This document shows positions 1-11,900 of a stretch of 64,000 bases of DNA, one piece after another. Every line of letters begins with the position of its first letter. Position 1 is the first letter of the stretch. Under the pieces are notes generated by a model that saw only the letters and a list, made by a program, of their open reading frames with translations, did no database searches and was not told the DNA's origin. Origin of the DNA: Lingula anatina (taxonomy: Eukaryota; Animalia; Brachiopoda); assembly GCA_051362555.1 (NCBI GenBank), contig CM120641.1, positions 33,982,401 to 34,046,400 on the forward strand. Direction: 5' to 3'. The position numbers and the translations under genes are program-made.

Positions 1-682
1 ACAAGGAGGTATGTTTGAAAGGTTTTGATTGAATGATGAGTGCAGTTCAATAGTATTTACTGTATGTAATTGATGGAAAAAGCACTGGTTTGTACTGATG
101 AAAATCAATTAGATCAAAGTTTGATACATGTTGCTACAGTTCCTTATATTACAAATCTTTTTTATCCCTTTTTTTAATTATTTTCAAGATTAATGCCTAT
201 TTAAGATGTTTTATGTTATTTTGTATATCAACTACTTTTGAATTTTTGTCTGTGATTTCATTACTCACCAAAATTGGTTTCTTTTGCCTTTCTCTCAACT
301 GTAGGCCATTTACACAATTGTGAATAGAGCTCAATATTTTTATTTTATGTGACTTGAGATTTAGAGCATTGGCATTAATTGACATATACGACTTACTTTG
401 TTTATCTTGATGCATTTGTCTCTTTGACAAATACATTGGCTGTGATATATGAAATGTAAAAATGTGATTTGTACTTTTTTGTTGTGAAATGGGTATTATT
501 GCATGAGGTTTTATTTTTCTTTAATTTTTATAAATCATTCATATTTATGCAATGTTAAAAATACTTAACACATTGGTATACATGAAAATAAAAGTGACAT
601 TGTTGATATACATTTGGCAATCAACTTGAAAATGGAAAACCATATATGACATGTATTTCAGTAGTGATTTTATTCAATTTAG

Positions 683-3600
683 GATATTCCTGTTCCACCA
701 CCAAGACCACATAATAGCATATTCGATGATGAGGAAAAGTCTAAGGTAAGATTTCTGTGGCATTTTTTTAAGCTTAATTTTTATTTCCTTTTTCTATTCC
801 ATGCAAATAATAAGGGTCTATCATCATCTGTCCATTTGAACCACACGATAGGACAAAATTATTATTATTTATTACATTCCGATTTTTTAACTAAAGCAAT
901 TTTGAAGACTTACGGATAAATAGTGGGAACTTTTTATTAAGCTTTTGTTTTGCTAATTCTTATAAAATGTCACATAGTTACCAGGTTGTCTTTTCCCTGA
1001 GTTGTGCACCTGGATTCTATAAACCCTTTGTTCTCGTCAAGCCAAATAACAAAAATGACATTGGTTTGTGTTTAGCTGTTATCTAGGCTGCTGTCAAGTA
1101 AACATCCCGAGGATCTCCAGGCTGCTAACAGACTCATAAAAAACATGGTAAAACAGGTGAGGTTTTTGAAAGAAATGGAACACTGCAAATATCTATTGTA
1201 TGCCAGATCATATTTATGTAATTTAATCATAGTACATCTTTAAATGATTGTGCATTTTGTTTGTGCTGAAAAATTGAGAAGATGAGAATTAAGTGTAAAT
1301 TGAGATGATATTTCATTTTTGGTGATTTTTCATTATTCATTTATCAATTTTACAGGATGCTGAAAAAACAGAAAAGAAGGCTAGGAGACATACAGAATTA
1401 GAAACTGTAAACAATAATGTAAAACTCCTGGGAGATATGTTATCACATTATAAACCAGGAGAGGGAACAGCATCAGATATAGAAATAATGAAGGTAATAC
1501 AAATAATTATCTGTAATAAAAACAAAATAAAACAATACAGAAATGGAAAAAAAAAGAAAGATTTTGTTAATTCATCATTGTTTTGATAAGGGATTACTTC
1601 CTTTTTTAAAATATTCTGTTCTTATGTGCATCTGACTGCCAGATATTTTAGTGCTATTCCTGAATACCTAATTACAAATGACTGAATTTGAGTATTAAGA
1701 ATAAGATTGGTAATAAGACAAAGGTGTGTTTGATTTTGCTTTGTTCTATAGAATGTATTGCATATCTACTAATTTCAGCAATTGTATGAGACACTTGACA
1801 AACATCGGCCAAATCTTTTCCGTCTTGCAAGTGACGCAGATGAAAAAGACGATGAAGGCATCAGTAAGTCATAGATTAACTATTCAGTCAATTTTGAACA
1901 GCAGATTAAGACAGACTAAGTAAGCTCTTGAAGGCACTTTGTTATCTCTCTTACTGTTCTAGTAACATCATTAATAAATGTCAATTATTGTATATTTAGC
2001 AGATTGTATTGTGCGGATGTGATGTAAAAATTGCAAAAAGTGTCAAATGCTACTTTTTTCAGTAAACCAGTTAGTGGAAAATTATTCAAGCTTTGGTGTA
2101 AGTTCTTCTACTTATTCACTAGAATTTTCTAATTCCAGGTGCCATTTTAAAAGCTAATGATGAAGTTGGTCGTGTAATGGGCCAGTATCGTAGATTGGTA
2201 GATGGAACGACCCAGGAAAATGGGGTGGCTGCATCAGGAGATAAAGGTAAAACTGTTTATAGCACAGTCGCTGGGCGTAATAACCATTAGACATGTTTGA
2301 GTGTTGGATGATCTACTTTTCACAGTTTGAAATGAATGCTTTCTTGGTTATTTTGTGTTATCTACTACCATCTTTGAGTATACTTAGTTTATTTTAGTAT
2401 TATAATTTTAAAATATATTTGTGCAATTCATTTGTAATGCTGCTGGATATATACTTCTTGTCGCAAAAGGAAGGAGAGGTAAAAATTTTTTAACTTCTAC
2501 TAAGTTTTGTCATCTAAAAATTTAATCAAGCATTAAAATACAAAAATAATAGCTAATATGTGAGACTTTCGTTTGCAACATTACAAGATTTTAGACATTT
2601 GCACCCAATTTGTTAGAAAATCTGTTATGGTAAATTGGTTTCCTTTTTTTCATGAATTTTCTTTTCTGACTAGAATTTTCTGGCCAAATAATGTTCATGT
2701 TTAATGCTGTTATGTTATTCTAGGCAACAGTTCTGATCTATTGGATCTGAACTTTGACACCCCTATGCTGGGAGACACCAGTTCCTCTGCACTGCCTGCT
2801 TCAGCACCTGCCTCTGGAGCCTCAACCTTAGATGAAGATTTAGCTTCCTTAGGTAAACTAACCTGTGTATCTTACCAGAATCAGACATGAGTTTTTTTTC
2901 TGCGGAAACATGGAATTCTGTGTTTTTTAATTCAATTCTAAGGCAGCCCCCGGACCCCCAGCCGGTTAGGTGTTGGGTCCCATGATAAATGTTCAGAGGT
3001 TTTTTAAAACCTAGGCTCATGTCTGCAGAATGAATTGATTTGATAAGCTGGTAGATCAATCAAATAATTAATTGTTATTGTCAATTTCTTATAAATATAA
3101 ACAAGTGTAATGTGTAGTGCATCTGTTTAATAATATTGCCACCAACAGGAAGATGCATCTACAGTTATTGGATTAGTTCATGTAAATAACTGTGCTTGAA
3201 GCTGAAATTTTAGGTTGTAGGATCAAAGCTCTTCCATGTCATAAGTGTCATATGTTGAATTGGGGAAACTCTTAGTTTGATATACAGTGATGTGTGCTCT
3301 GGCTTGTGCCCATAGGTTATTGATGTTTACAAATATTGATGATTGTGAAATAAATTTTTTACAGGTATAAGTGCTAGTTCAAACAGTGCTACCCAAGCCT
3401 CAGGTGCTGGTTCCCAAGACCTTGGTATTAGTTCCAGTGGAGATTTAAATCAGTTTGGAGACTTCTTCAAACCTTCATTAGTTACAGGCAGTGTATGTGC
3501 ATGCTTAACTCTTCTTGTACAAATTGAAAATTTTTAATATCAATTCTTCTGCTAAATTACTTGATCATACTGTCATTACTTATTACATTCATATCATATG

Positions 3601-6600
3601 TAGCTTCAATATGAATTGTTCATTATGTGATTATCTTCATGATATATGTATATGATAAGCTTACTTGATGAAATAAAGTAGAATAATGAGTGCAAGAATA
3701 AAGTAAACATGACAACTTCATATGCCTGTATTTACGTACATGTTATTTCAGACAACAGCTTTTTCAGCCAATCCTTCATCAGCGTTTGCAAACTTCAATC
3801 AACAACCACAGATGATTCCTCCCCCAAGGATGCAGCAACAGGGAAATGCCAGTTCAGGTTTCATGCAAGGTAAAGTTGGTTTCAGGTCTATGACCCTAAT
3901 GAATGAAACATTCCCCCAATGTACTTAAAAACTGTAGAGTCCAAGAACAATTTTTGAAAAGAACTAAAGTTTTTTGTTTTAAAAAAGTTTTATAACTGAT
4001 TTGACTGGCTTTGTATCTTTACAATGTACTACATATTTTACTATCTTAATATTTTAGCCATTTATTTTGTACTGATTCTATTCATCTTATTCTGTTCGCT
4101 TTAACCCTGTAAAGTTTACTGATCGTTTTAAATGATTTTATACTACAAATAAATTTAATAATAATTATTATTATTGTATTATTTCAGTTTTTTTAAATTC
4201 ATAAGTCGTCCATATGCAGTATCCATTTTGTTTTACTAAGAATCAGTCACTTTGTTATTTATATCAAACAACACTTTGGCTAGATAGGAAAATATGTAAT
4301 GTAGGTTGGAATAACTCCTGGCCCCAGTTTCAAAAAAAAAAAAAAAATTAAGTTCCCTGACTTAGTTGGCTAGGAGTGCTGTTACTCTGCTCCTAATAGG
4401 GTAAGATGTGCTCTTGTGACCATGTAACCTTGGTAATTAAGTTCTTAGCCAAGGAACCTGACTTAAGTTTTATTGTAAAACCGGGGCCTGCTATTCATCA
4501 CTACAGGTAGTATACCCTCAGCCAACATGAACAGGCCATACCCTATCCAGACAGCTGGGGCCCCCATCATGGCTTCTTCTGTTGCTCCTACCGCACATAC
4601 AGAAAATGCTGCTCCACAACTTTCTCAACAGAAAGCAATGGCAGATTTGGATGAGCTGGGAAAAACTGTTCTTCAAAAGCACAAAGCTGATACCAATGTT
4701 AAAACTTTTATTCCACCTCCTAGGTAGGTTGATTTCAGCAAAAAAAAAAATATGTTGTAGTCCTTCAGCTTGGTTTTTGGGGTTGATGACCCTATATTTT
4801 GTGATCTTAATTTTTACAAATCGATTAAATGATGACACTTGTGAAAGTACTTATCAAAAATTATGAAATACTCCTATTTTATATTGCCATTTTTTTATGC
4901 ATACAGAGATTGTGGTGAAGTCATGTACAGCAGAAAACAGAAAACATACATTTAAACATATTGAAGAGGGATGACCAGACAAAAGGTTCTCTGGCCTTCA
5001 CTCTGCTTCACTGTTGCTACATCATTTCAGCCAACCGGTCAAAGTTCCCTTAAACCAGATGCAAAAGTCCGGTGCAGGTGCACCCCTGGTCTCTCCTTCC
5101 TCACCAGGAGGACAGGCAAGTCCAGCAAAAAGGACGGATACATCAGTTCAACCCTTGACAGATGTGTTTGTACCTTTAGAGTCTATACAACCAGGTAGGT
5201 TTTTATGTACAGACACATTGTGTCTTTATGTATAGCCATCACCTGCATCTGTCATTGTCATTGTTGCCGTTGTCGTGGTCATGCACTTTCAGAGATAAGT
5301 TGAAAACACTTTTACCTTTTGTCTTCAAACTTATAGGACTGATGAGTATTCATAAAACACAGGTCAAGTTGGAAAATCAGCTTGATCTTATACAATGTCA
5401 CTTTTCTGTTAGTCCTTGTTTGAGTTAGGATGCTAGTGAAATTCTTGAGTCAAGGGCTGTAATAACCCATTATACACATACAAACTTATAGCTGTGTATT
5501 TTTAACTTACTTTCCATGCTTGAGTGCAAAATTTATATGTCATATAGAATTTAACTCGCAGCCTTTTTTTTCTCTCTTTTATAGGATCAACATCCCCTTT
5601 AAACGCATATGATAAAAATGGACTGAAAATAATAATTCACTTTGGGAAGGATCGGCCCAGGGCTGATGTGATGGTGATGGTGGTGTCAGTCATGAGTACC
5701 AACACTAGTGCTGTAAAGGCATTAAGTTTTCAGGCTGCGGTACCTAAAGTAAGAAAAACATCATGAATTATTGTATAGGTTATGTATTAGTATTTGGTTA
5801 ATGATTTTGTTTCATGTGAACAGTAGCCTTTACATTTAGTGTATTTAACTATTTATGTTATTGTACAATCCAACTATTTTAGTTGCAAATAACTTTTATT
5901 ATCATAATTATTATCATTATTAAGTGTTGGCAAAATTATCTTGATCTTTTCTCTCTTATTAATAATAATTTAATTTGTGATCAGGTTTTTAAAATTACCA
6001 TCGACTTTATTGTTATTTGTATCAAATGATATGCTGCTTTTAAATTAATATTTCTTGGCATGCAGAATATTGTCAAATAAAAGAATAAACAGGGCAGTCA
6101 TCTTGTTCCAGACTATGAAGGTGAAACTGCAGCCTCCCTCAGCAACAGATTTACCAGCTTTCAATCCTATATTGCCTCCCTCTGCTATTACTCAAGTCAT
6201 GCTGCTAGCCAATCCACACAAGGTAAAGGACAGCTTTATTGTGGATTGCCCATTAAGGTGGCATTCACAAAAGATGATCCGTGGACTAACTAGTCTGCAG
6301 ATCAAATATGGCAGACCTTACTTGAAAGCATGTCAGATCTGCCACATAATCCCCTGTTATTCTCCTGGCCATCCCTTCAGGGGCCTAGTAATTAAATCTC
6401 AGAGTCATTTTAATTTAGCTTTAATCGCTAAACCCCTGCAGGGATGGTAGGTGGTAGGCAGGAAGACCATAAGGAGATTATCTGGCATCGCTTTCAAGTG
6501 GGGTTAGCCATATTTGATCTGCAGACTATTTAGTTAGGATCATCTGTTGTGAATACAGGCCCAAGTTGTATTTGCACAGTGTTAACCAGTAGAATTATTT

Positions 6601-6955
6601 CAAAAGTTGAAAAAGAAAACCATTAAATCTGAATCAGATTGCTGCAAAGAAATCTGCTAATATGCTCTCTTTGTGAAAATTAGTGTCACATTAAACTTTG
6701 ATTATTCTGGCACTTATCAAAATTGGTAAATGTTCAAAACTATACTAAAAACAGCATTAGCATTTCAGCTTTACTTCATCACTTTCTTTTTTATTGAGGG
6801 TATAAGTGTATTGAATATATCTAATAAAGTGCCTACTTCATAATTCCTTCCAGGAAAAGATAAGAGTAAAATTCAAGCTGACCTTTACCATGAATGACAC
6901 TCCTGTGACAGATGTGGGGGAAATTTCTAATTTCCCTGAAGAAAGCTTCTTGTGA
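683..6955 (+). CDS. GGA: GGA-family monomeric clathrin adaptor (GGA1/2/3 co-orthologue), 5'-truncated (VHS domain lies upstream of the window)
   Basis: Phase-consistent GT-AG exons: 683-745, 1076-1156, 1356-1493, 1779-1863, 2139-2246, 2724-2852, 3365-3492, 3752-3869, 4507-4723, 5031-5194, 5585-5748, 6112-6222, 6854-6955 (TGA). GAT domain (PPRPHNSIFDDEEKSKLLSRLLSSKHPEDLQAANRLIKNMV...RPNLFRLASD), hinge with clathrin box LLDLN, GAE domain (DVFVPLESIQPG...FQAAVPKTMKVKLQPPSATDLPAFNPILPPSAITQVMLLANPHKEKIRVKFKL). Confidence 0.95.
2882..3025. mobile_element. MITE with 10-bp perfect TIRs and a 6-bp flanking direct repeat
   Basis: CAGACATGAG (2882) ... CTCATGTCTG (3025); CAGAAT at both 2876-2881 and 3026-3031. 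Confidence 0.65.
4321..4487. mobile_element. PIF/Harbinger-type MITE (CTG target-site duplication)
   Basis: ctg|GCCCCAGTTTCAAAA...TTAAGT at the left end and ACTTAAG...TTGTAAAACCGGGGC|ctg at the right; 3-bp CWG duplications are known for Harbinger elements. Confidence 0.7.
5228..5430. mobile_element. Possible Helentron/HINE-like repeat remnant
   Basis: A degenerate (GTC/GTT)n tract followed by TTCAAACTT...AGGTCAAGTT, resembling from memory the cores of mollusc Helentron-derived repeats; not verified. Confidence 0.3.
6255..6562. mobile_element. Foldback MITE in the last GGA intron
   Basis: Long imperfect inverted repeat: ATTCACAAAAGATGATCC...TAGTCTGCAGATCAAATATGGC (6263-6312) versus GCCATATTTGATCTGCAGACTA...GGATCATCTGTTGTGAAT (about 6507-6554), with further internal symmetry. 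Confidence 0.75.
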
Positions 6956-8754
6956 TGCCAGTTTAGCACTATACCAAAGCATACAGAGAAAAATATGCTT
7001 TTCACTGAAAGACCTTGGGCAATTTTAAAAATTGCATTCACTGACATTGACTTCAATGACATCAGTGAAAGGTACAGCCTTATCTACATAGACCAGTTGA
7101 TTGCAAAAATAACCACCAATACCCCTATTAAGCAAAAGAGGAAAAAATGGAGCTGTTATGTAACTCTGCTATATTATTATGCCCTTTTTTTTCATACATT
7201 CATGATCAAATTGACCTTCATATTGTGATAATGGGTTTAGTTGATAAGTGCATTGAAATATGCGCTATTTTCAATATTGGTTTAATAAGAGAAAAAAAAT
7301 CAACAATTTTCTTTAACCAGTGTGTTAATGGACTCTGGATTGATGTGCACTCTGATGCCATGCCATATTGCTAGTCAGTTCTAGAAGCTTTAAGAATACG
7401 AACATGTACACACACTCAAATATATGTACCAATGTGACCAAGGTATCAAAATGACCACTGACATTGTAAATATGAAGCAAAATGCAAGGTCTAATAATCT
7501 GTTTACACATATTTACTTTCATATACAGACTATCAAAGAAATAATGGGTTTAAAGATCTGTTAACTGTATATTTACACCATGTTTTGCTGACCAATGGAG
7601 AAATATGCTTGAAAAAGTCATCCTAATTGTGTTGACGTAGGACCAGAATAGAAACGCGTCTAGGTGCTTGGGGGAACTGAGTGAATCCAAGGTTCAGCAA
7701 CACCAGGATTGATGCTTATAAAGATGGCGTTTCTGGAAAGAAACCCCTTTTTGAGTGTAGAGAAGTTGCTTTAACCATGGAGGAAGGGGGTAAAAATTAC
7801 GATTAATAAGTGCAATGAATGTTTTTTGTACTGTAGATGGCAATTTCAGGTGTTTAAAACAACTGTATATATGTTCAAATCACTTGCAATGGGTGTGCCT
7901 TAAAGATACAGAATGGTTGTATTTGAGTATGCCATAATAGAGTAGTAAGTTTATTCAAGAAGGTAAGGTTGCACTACTGTTATTTATGTGAGATGCAGAA
8001 CACAAAAATGGGCTGGGCCTTTGATCAATTGGATAATAAATGTGGGAGGGTATGTATATGTATTAAATATTTTATTTTATAAGTCTTACAATAAGTTTCA
8101 ATGTTGATTTCACATCTCGCAGCAACATGTAAACATTGGTGTCTGAAGATTATGTATTCAAATAAATGATTACTTGAACCATAATAGTTGACTCGATGTC
8201 CAAGACGATATATTATATCCTAGTTTGATCATAATACAGAGATAAGACTGCCATTTAGTGAAAAAGTCAGAAAATGTGGAGTGAGGTTTTAACTATTTAA
8301 AAATACTTAAAAGGCCAATGATGTTTTTGGCTCCCCAAAAGTCAGAAATCCACTGATAGTAAGAAAAATCTTATCCCTGATAATACTGTCTCAAATACAT
8401 TACTATTAAAATAATCAAAATTAAGAAGTGCCCTGCAAAGTGCTTTCATGAATAATGTTATTAGCCATGTTGACTTACCAACTTATCCTACAAATGCTGC
8501 AAGCTCTCACGCAATAAAATAGTAAAAATGACTGAATATTGCACATGGGGTTTTCAACAATTGAACCACTATTTTCTACAATACTTGTCCCACTTTCTTT
8601 TGGCCATGTCTGTCAAAATAAGTTTCAGAATCAGTTGGTTATGATGATATTTTTCTTTCTTTGATGTTCACATTCTGCATAAAACCACTGGATGATCATT
8701 TAACATTTGCATAGTCCCACTGGATAAAACACTTGAACCAATTCATCTGAATGT

Positions 8755-8956
8755 TCATAATATGTTTTGCAAAATCCCATTGGAAGCCCTTAATAGGACA
8801 GGAAGGGAAGTGTTTTCTGTGTGCCATCTGAAATTAAAAAAGATGCAATGACCCTGGGCTTCACAGCACTAGTACAGAAGGAATTACAAAATCACTGACA
8901 ATAAATGGACTCTTTAACTACATGCACAGATAACAGCAGTTCGCTCTCTCTCTCTC

Positions 8957-8995
<39 letters not shown>

Positions 8996-11900
8996 GAGAG
9001 AGAGAGAGAGAGTCGATTTAAAGTTCATCTACGTAACAAAAAATATTTCAATTTTACTTCATTAAGTCAATCTCATACTCACCTGCCAGTTTCCAGCTCT
9101 GCAGAGGGGCTAAGAATCACAGGCGCAACACTGCAAAAAATGTGAGTGTAGTTTAAATAGCTTTTTAAAAAAAGTATACAAATTATTTGGAAAATGAAAG
9201 TTGCTTTTTGTTGCTTTTAACAGAGATCTCTATTGTTCATACATCCTCAATTCTAAAAAATCAAATCTTTCTGGAAATATATTAATAATTTGAAATCCTC
9301 ATCTCAAATGTACCCAAGCACAGGTAATGATGTGCACATTTCCCTGTTTAAAAAATCAGTGAAGCAGGACTTCAAAACTGAGGCAATAATAGTTTCTCAC
9401 ACATTCAGTGATAAAAATTGGCAAATTGATTAACTACTCTACAGTCATAACATAAATAGGTAAAAAACTTTTTTTTTCAAACTTTCACTGAAATCCTTAA
9501 TCAAATTCCCAAAAAATTATTTGTTAGCTCAGGCCTGGTGCTCTTTCTTACTTGGGGAGTTTTAACAGATTAATCAGCTCACTAGCCCTGGCCAGCAGGA
9601 CTTGTTTGCTTTCCTCCTCCAAATTTCCATCCCTGTGCTGCTGACCCACTTTTGTCAAACACAACAAGACTCTAGGAATTAGGTCCTGGCACCTTGAAGC
9701 AAGCTGGAAAGTACGGCTTGTTTTTAATGTATTATTAAGTGATACATTTTACATGTTGTTCATAAAATACCTACAATAGAATTTGGGCACAGCCAAAAAA
9801 CAGCAGAAAGTTTTGATCCTTAAAAAAACAGAATATTAATAGGATAACAGAGCATGGATCACTTGTTTTACTTTAATTTAACTCTGATTAAAACCTTTAT
9901 TCTGCAAATACTTTTACTTTAATAAGGCTGTTTATAGCAACTACAATATATACACAATTCAGTAAACTAAGGGAAGCCATTTAATAAACAATTAATCTAT
10001 CTAAACACTTGTTCAAACAGGTTAAGTATAATAACACACATTACCTTGGCAACAGCTGACATCATCACAGTTAACAGTCTGACAGAATACGGTGCCTCGT
10101 TTTCAGAGGCAACAGCACTCATCAGTCCAGAGAGCTCATAGAGAAGAGTTTCTAAAGTCTCGTAGGTCTTGGATACCAACTCTGGGGTGCACCTGGGATC
10201 ATATGTTGCAGAGGTATATTCACCGACAACCCAAACCTGACTCACAAGAAAAGAAGAAAATAAATAAAACTATATAAAAAAATTAATCAATTTCTAAAAT
10301 TTCTGGAAAAAATACTTTCCATAAAAAAGTCAGAGAATTCCCATATTCAAAAAAAAAATCAATTTGATTTTAAAATTATGAAAAATATATTTAACTCCAT
10401 TAAAAATATTAATTATGGCACTAAACATGATCATTTATGGAAATAACCATGTCTATTTTTTAAATACAAACCTAACTATGAGAATGTAGTGTTATCTATT
10501 TACAAGGAGCAATGTCCTTATTCATTTTAATAGTTGTGATATTTGAGATCATACCAAGTGAATAAAGAAGTCCTCTTTGTCTGTGATATTTCTGATTTGT
10601 CCAACGTATTCCAGGATTTCTGGGTGCTGTTCTAGTACAAGCTGTGGGTGTTTTTTCACCAAGGCTTGAAGCTGTTCAGCAAAAATCCTAAAAAATAATT
10701 TTAATTAAAGGTAACAATAAACAAATACTGGTTTTCATGAAAAAACAGTCAGGATATATCATAAATGTATAGCAGTATACAAACACTTTCAGATTAACCT
10801 GTATATTTAATCAACATTTAATAATGTTCATCACATATATTGTTGCACTGTATACAATGATACTAGTCATCAAATAATACTGACAATTTTGTAGTATTTC
10901 AAAACTCTTGACATTTAGTTAAAATGACCCTTAAAGCAGGCTCATCCCCAATAATGAAGTATTCATACATGCACATATTTTACCCACTTTTTGATATCAT
11001 TCCGATACTGGTCTATGCCATACAGGACCCCTACCCTCTCCAACAATACTGGAAGCAGTTGACTACACAGTTCAAAATCACCAAGGCTCAACACAGTCTT
11101 GAAGTAAACTCTAAAACAGTTAAATCTAGCACTAAGATGAACCAAACCTTATTATACGTATCATTTGAGAAAGCTGGTTTTGTGTTAGATTTTTTTGTAT
11201 AATATCTATTGAAATTCAGGATATAAAATCAAAGATGTTACAAGATGAGTCTGTCAAAAAAACCACTGAAGTATATTGAATATCATGATAATACACTTGT
11301 CTGATAATCATTTGAAATACTCCTGTAACAGAATAAACACTTACACATAACTTACTTAATTCAAAATCATAGAGGTCAATTTAAAGGCTCTATTGTTAAA
11401 TAAAAATTAAAAGATATATATAAATTAATGTAAAAAAGTTTTTTTCTTACTTTAGGAGTACTGGGACCACTTGTAGACACACCAAAACTCTGGGAGACTG
11501 CATCATGTCTTTCAGTACTGCATGTAAGTCACCAAGCCTGAATTAAACATGAAACTTTCATGAAACAGTTCCACACAATGTCTCTAACAGGGAAGGTCCT
11601 ATATCATTTCTACATTGGATCAATGAAAACTGTATCAAATACAAGTTGCAATGATTACTGTGCCACTTCATAATAGCAAAATAATAAAATCCATAAATCT
11701 ACCCAGAAGATGCCCCAGAGGAACAATCTTAAGCAATAGATAATAATACAGGTGTCTGAAAAAATACCATTTAGAAAAACATGATAAAGATGAAAGGGTT
11801 TTAATATCTTTCTATTCAAGATCTACATAAGACCATGTAACAAGACATACTTGCTGATGGTGTCCCCATGTCCACTCTCATTCCTCAGAATAAAACTGAA

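Noticed and set aside
7621-7670. GAAACGCGTC, resembling stem III of a minimal hammerhead ribozyme, in the GGA 3'UTR
   Set aside because: There is no CTGANGA core upstream (only TTGACGT) and stem I cannot pair in register.
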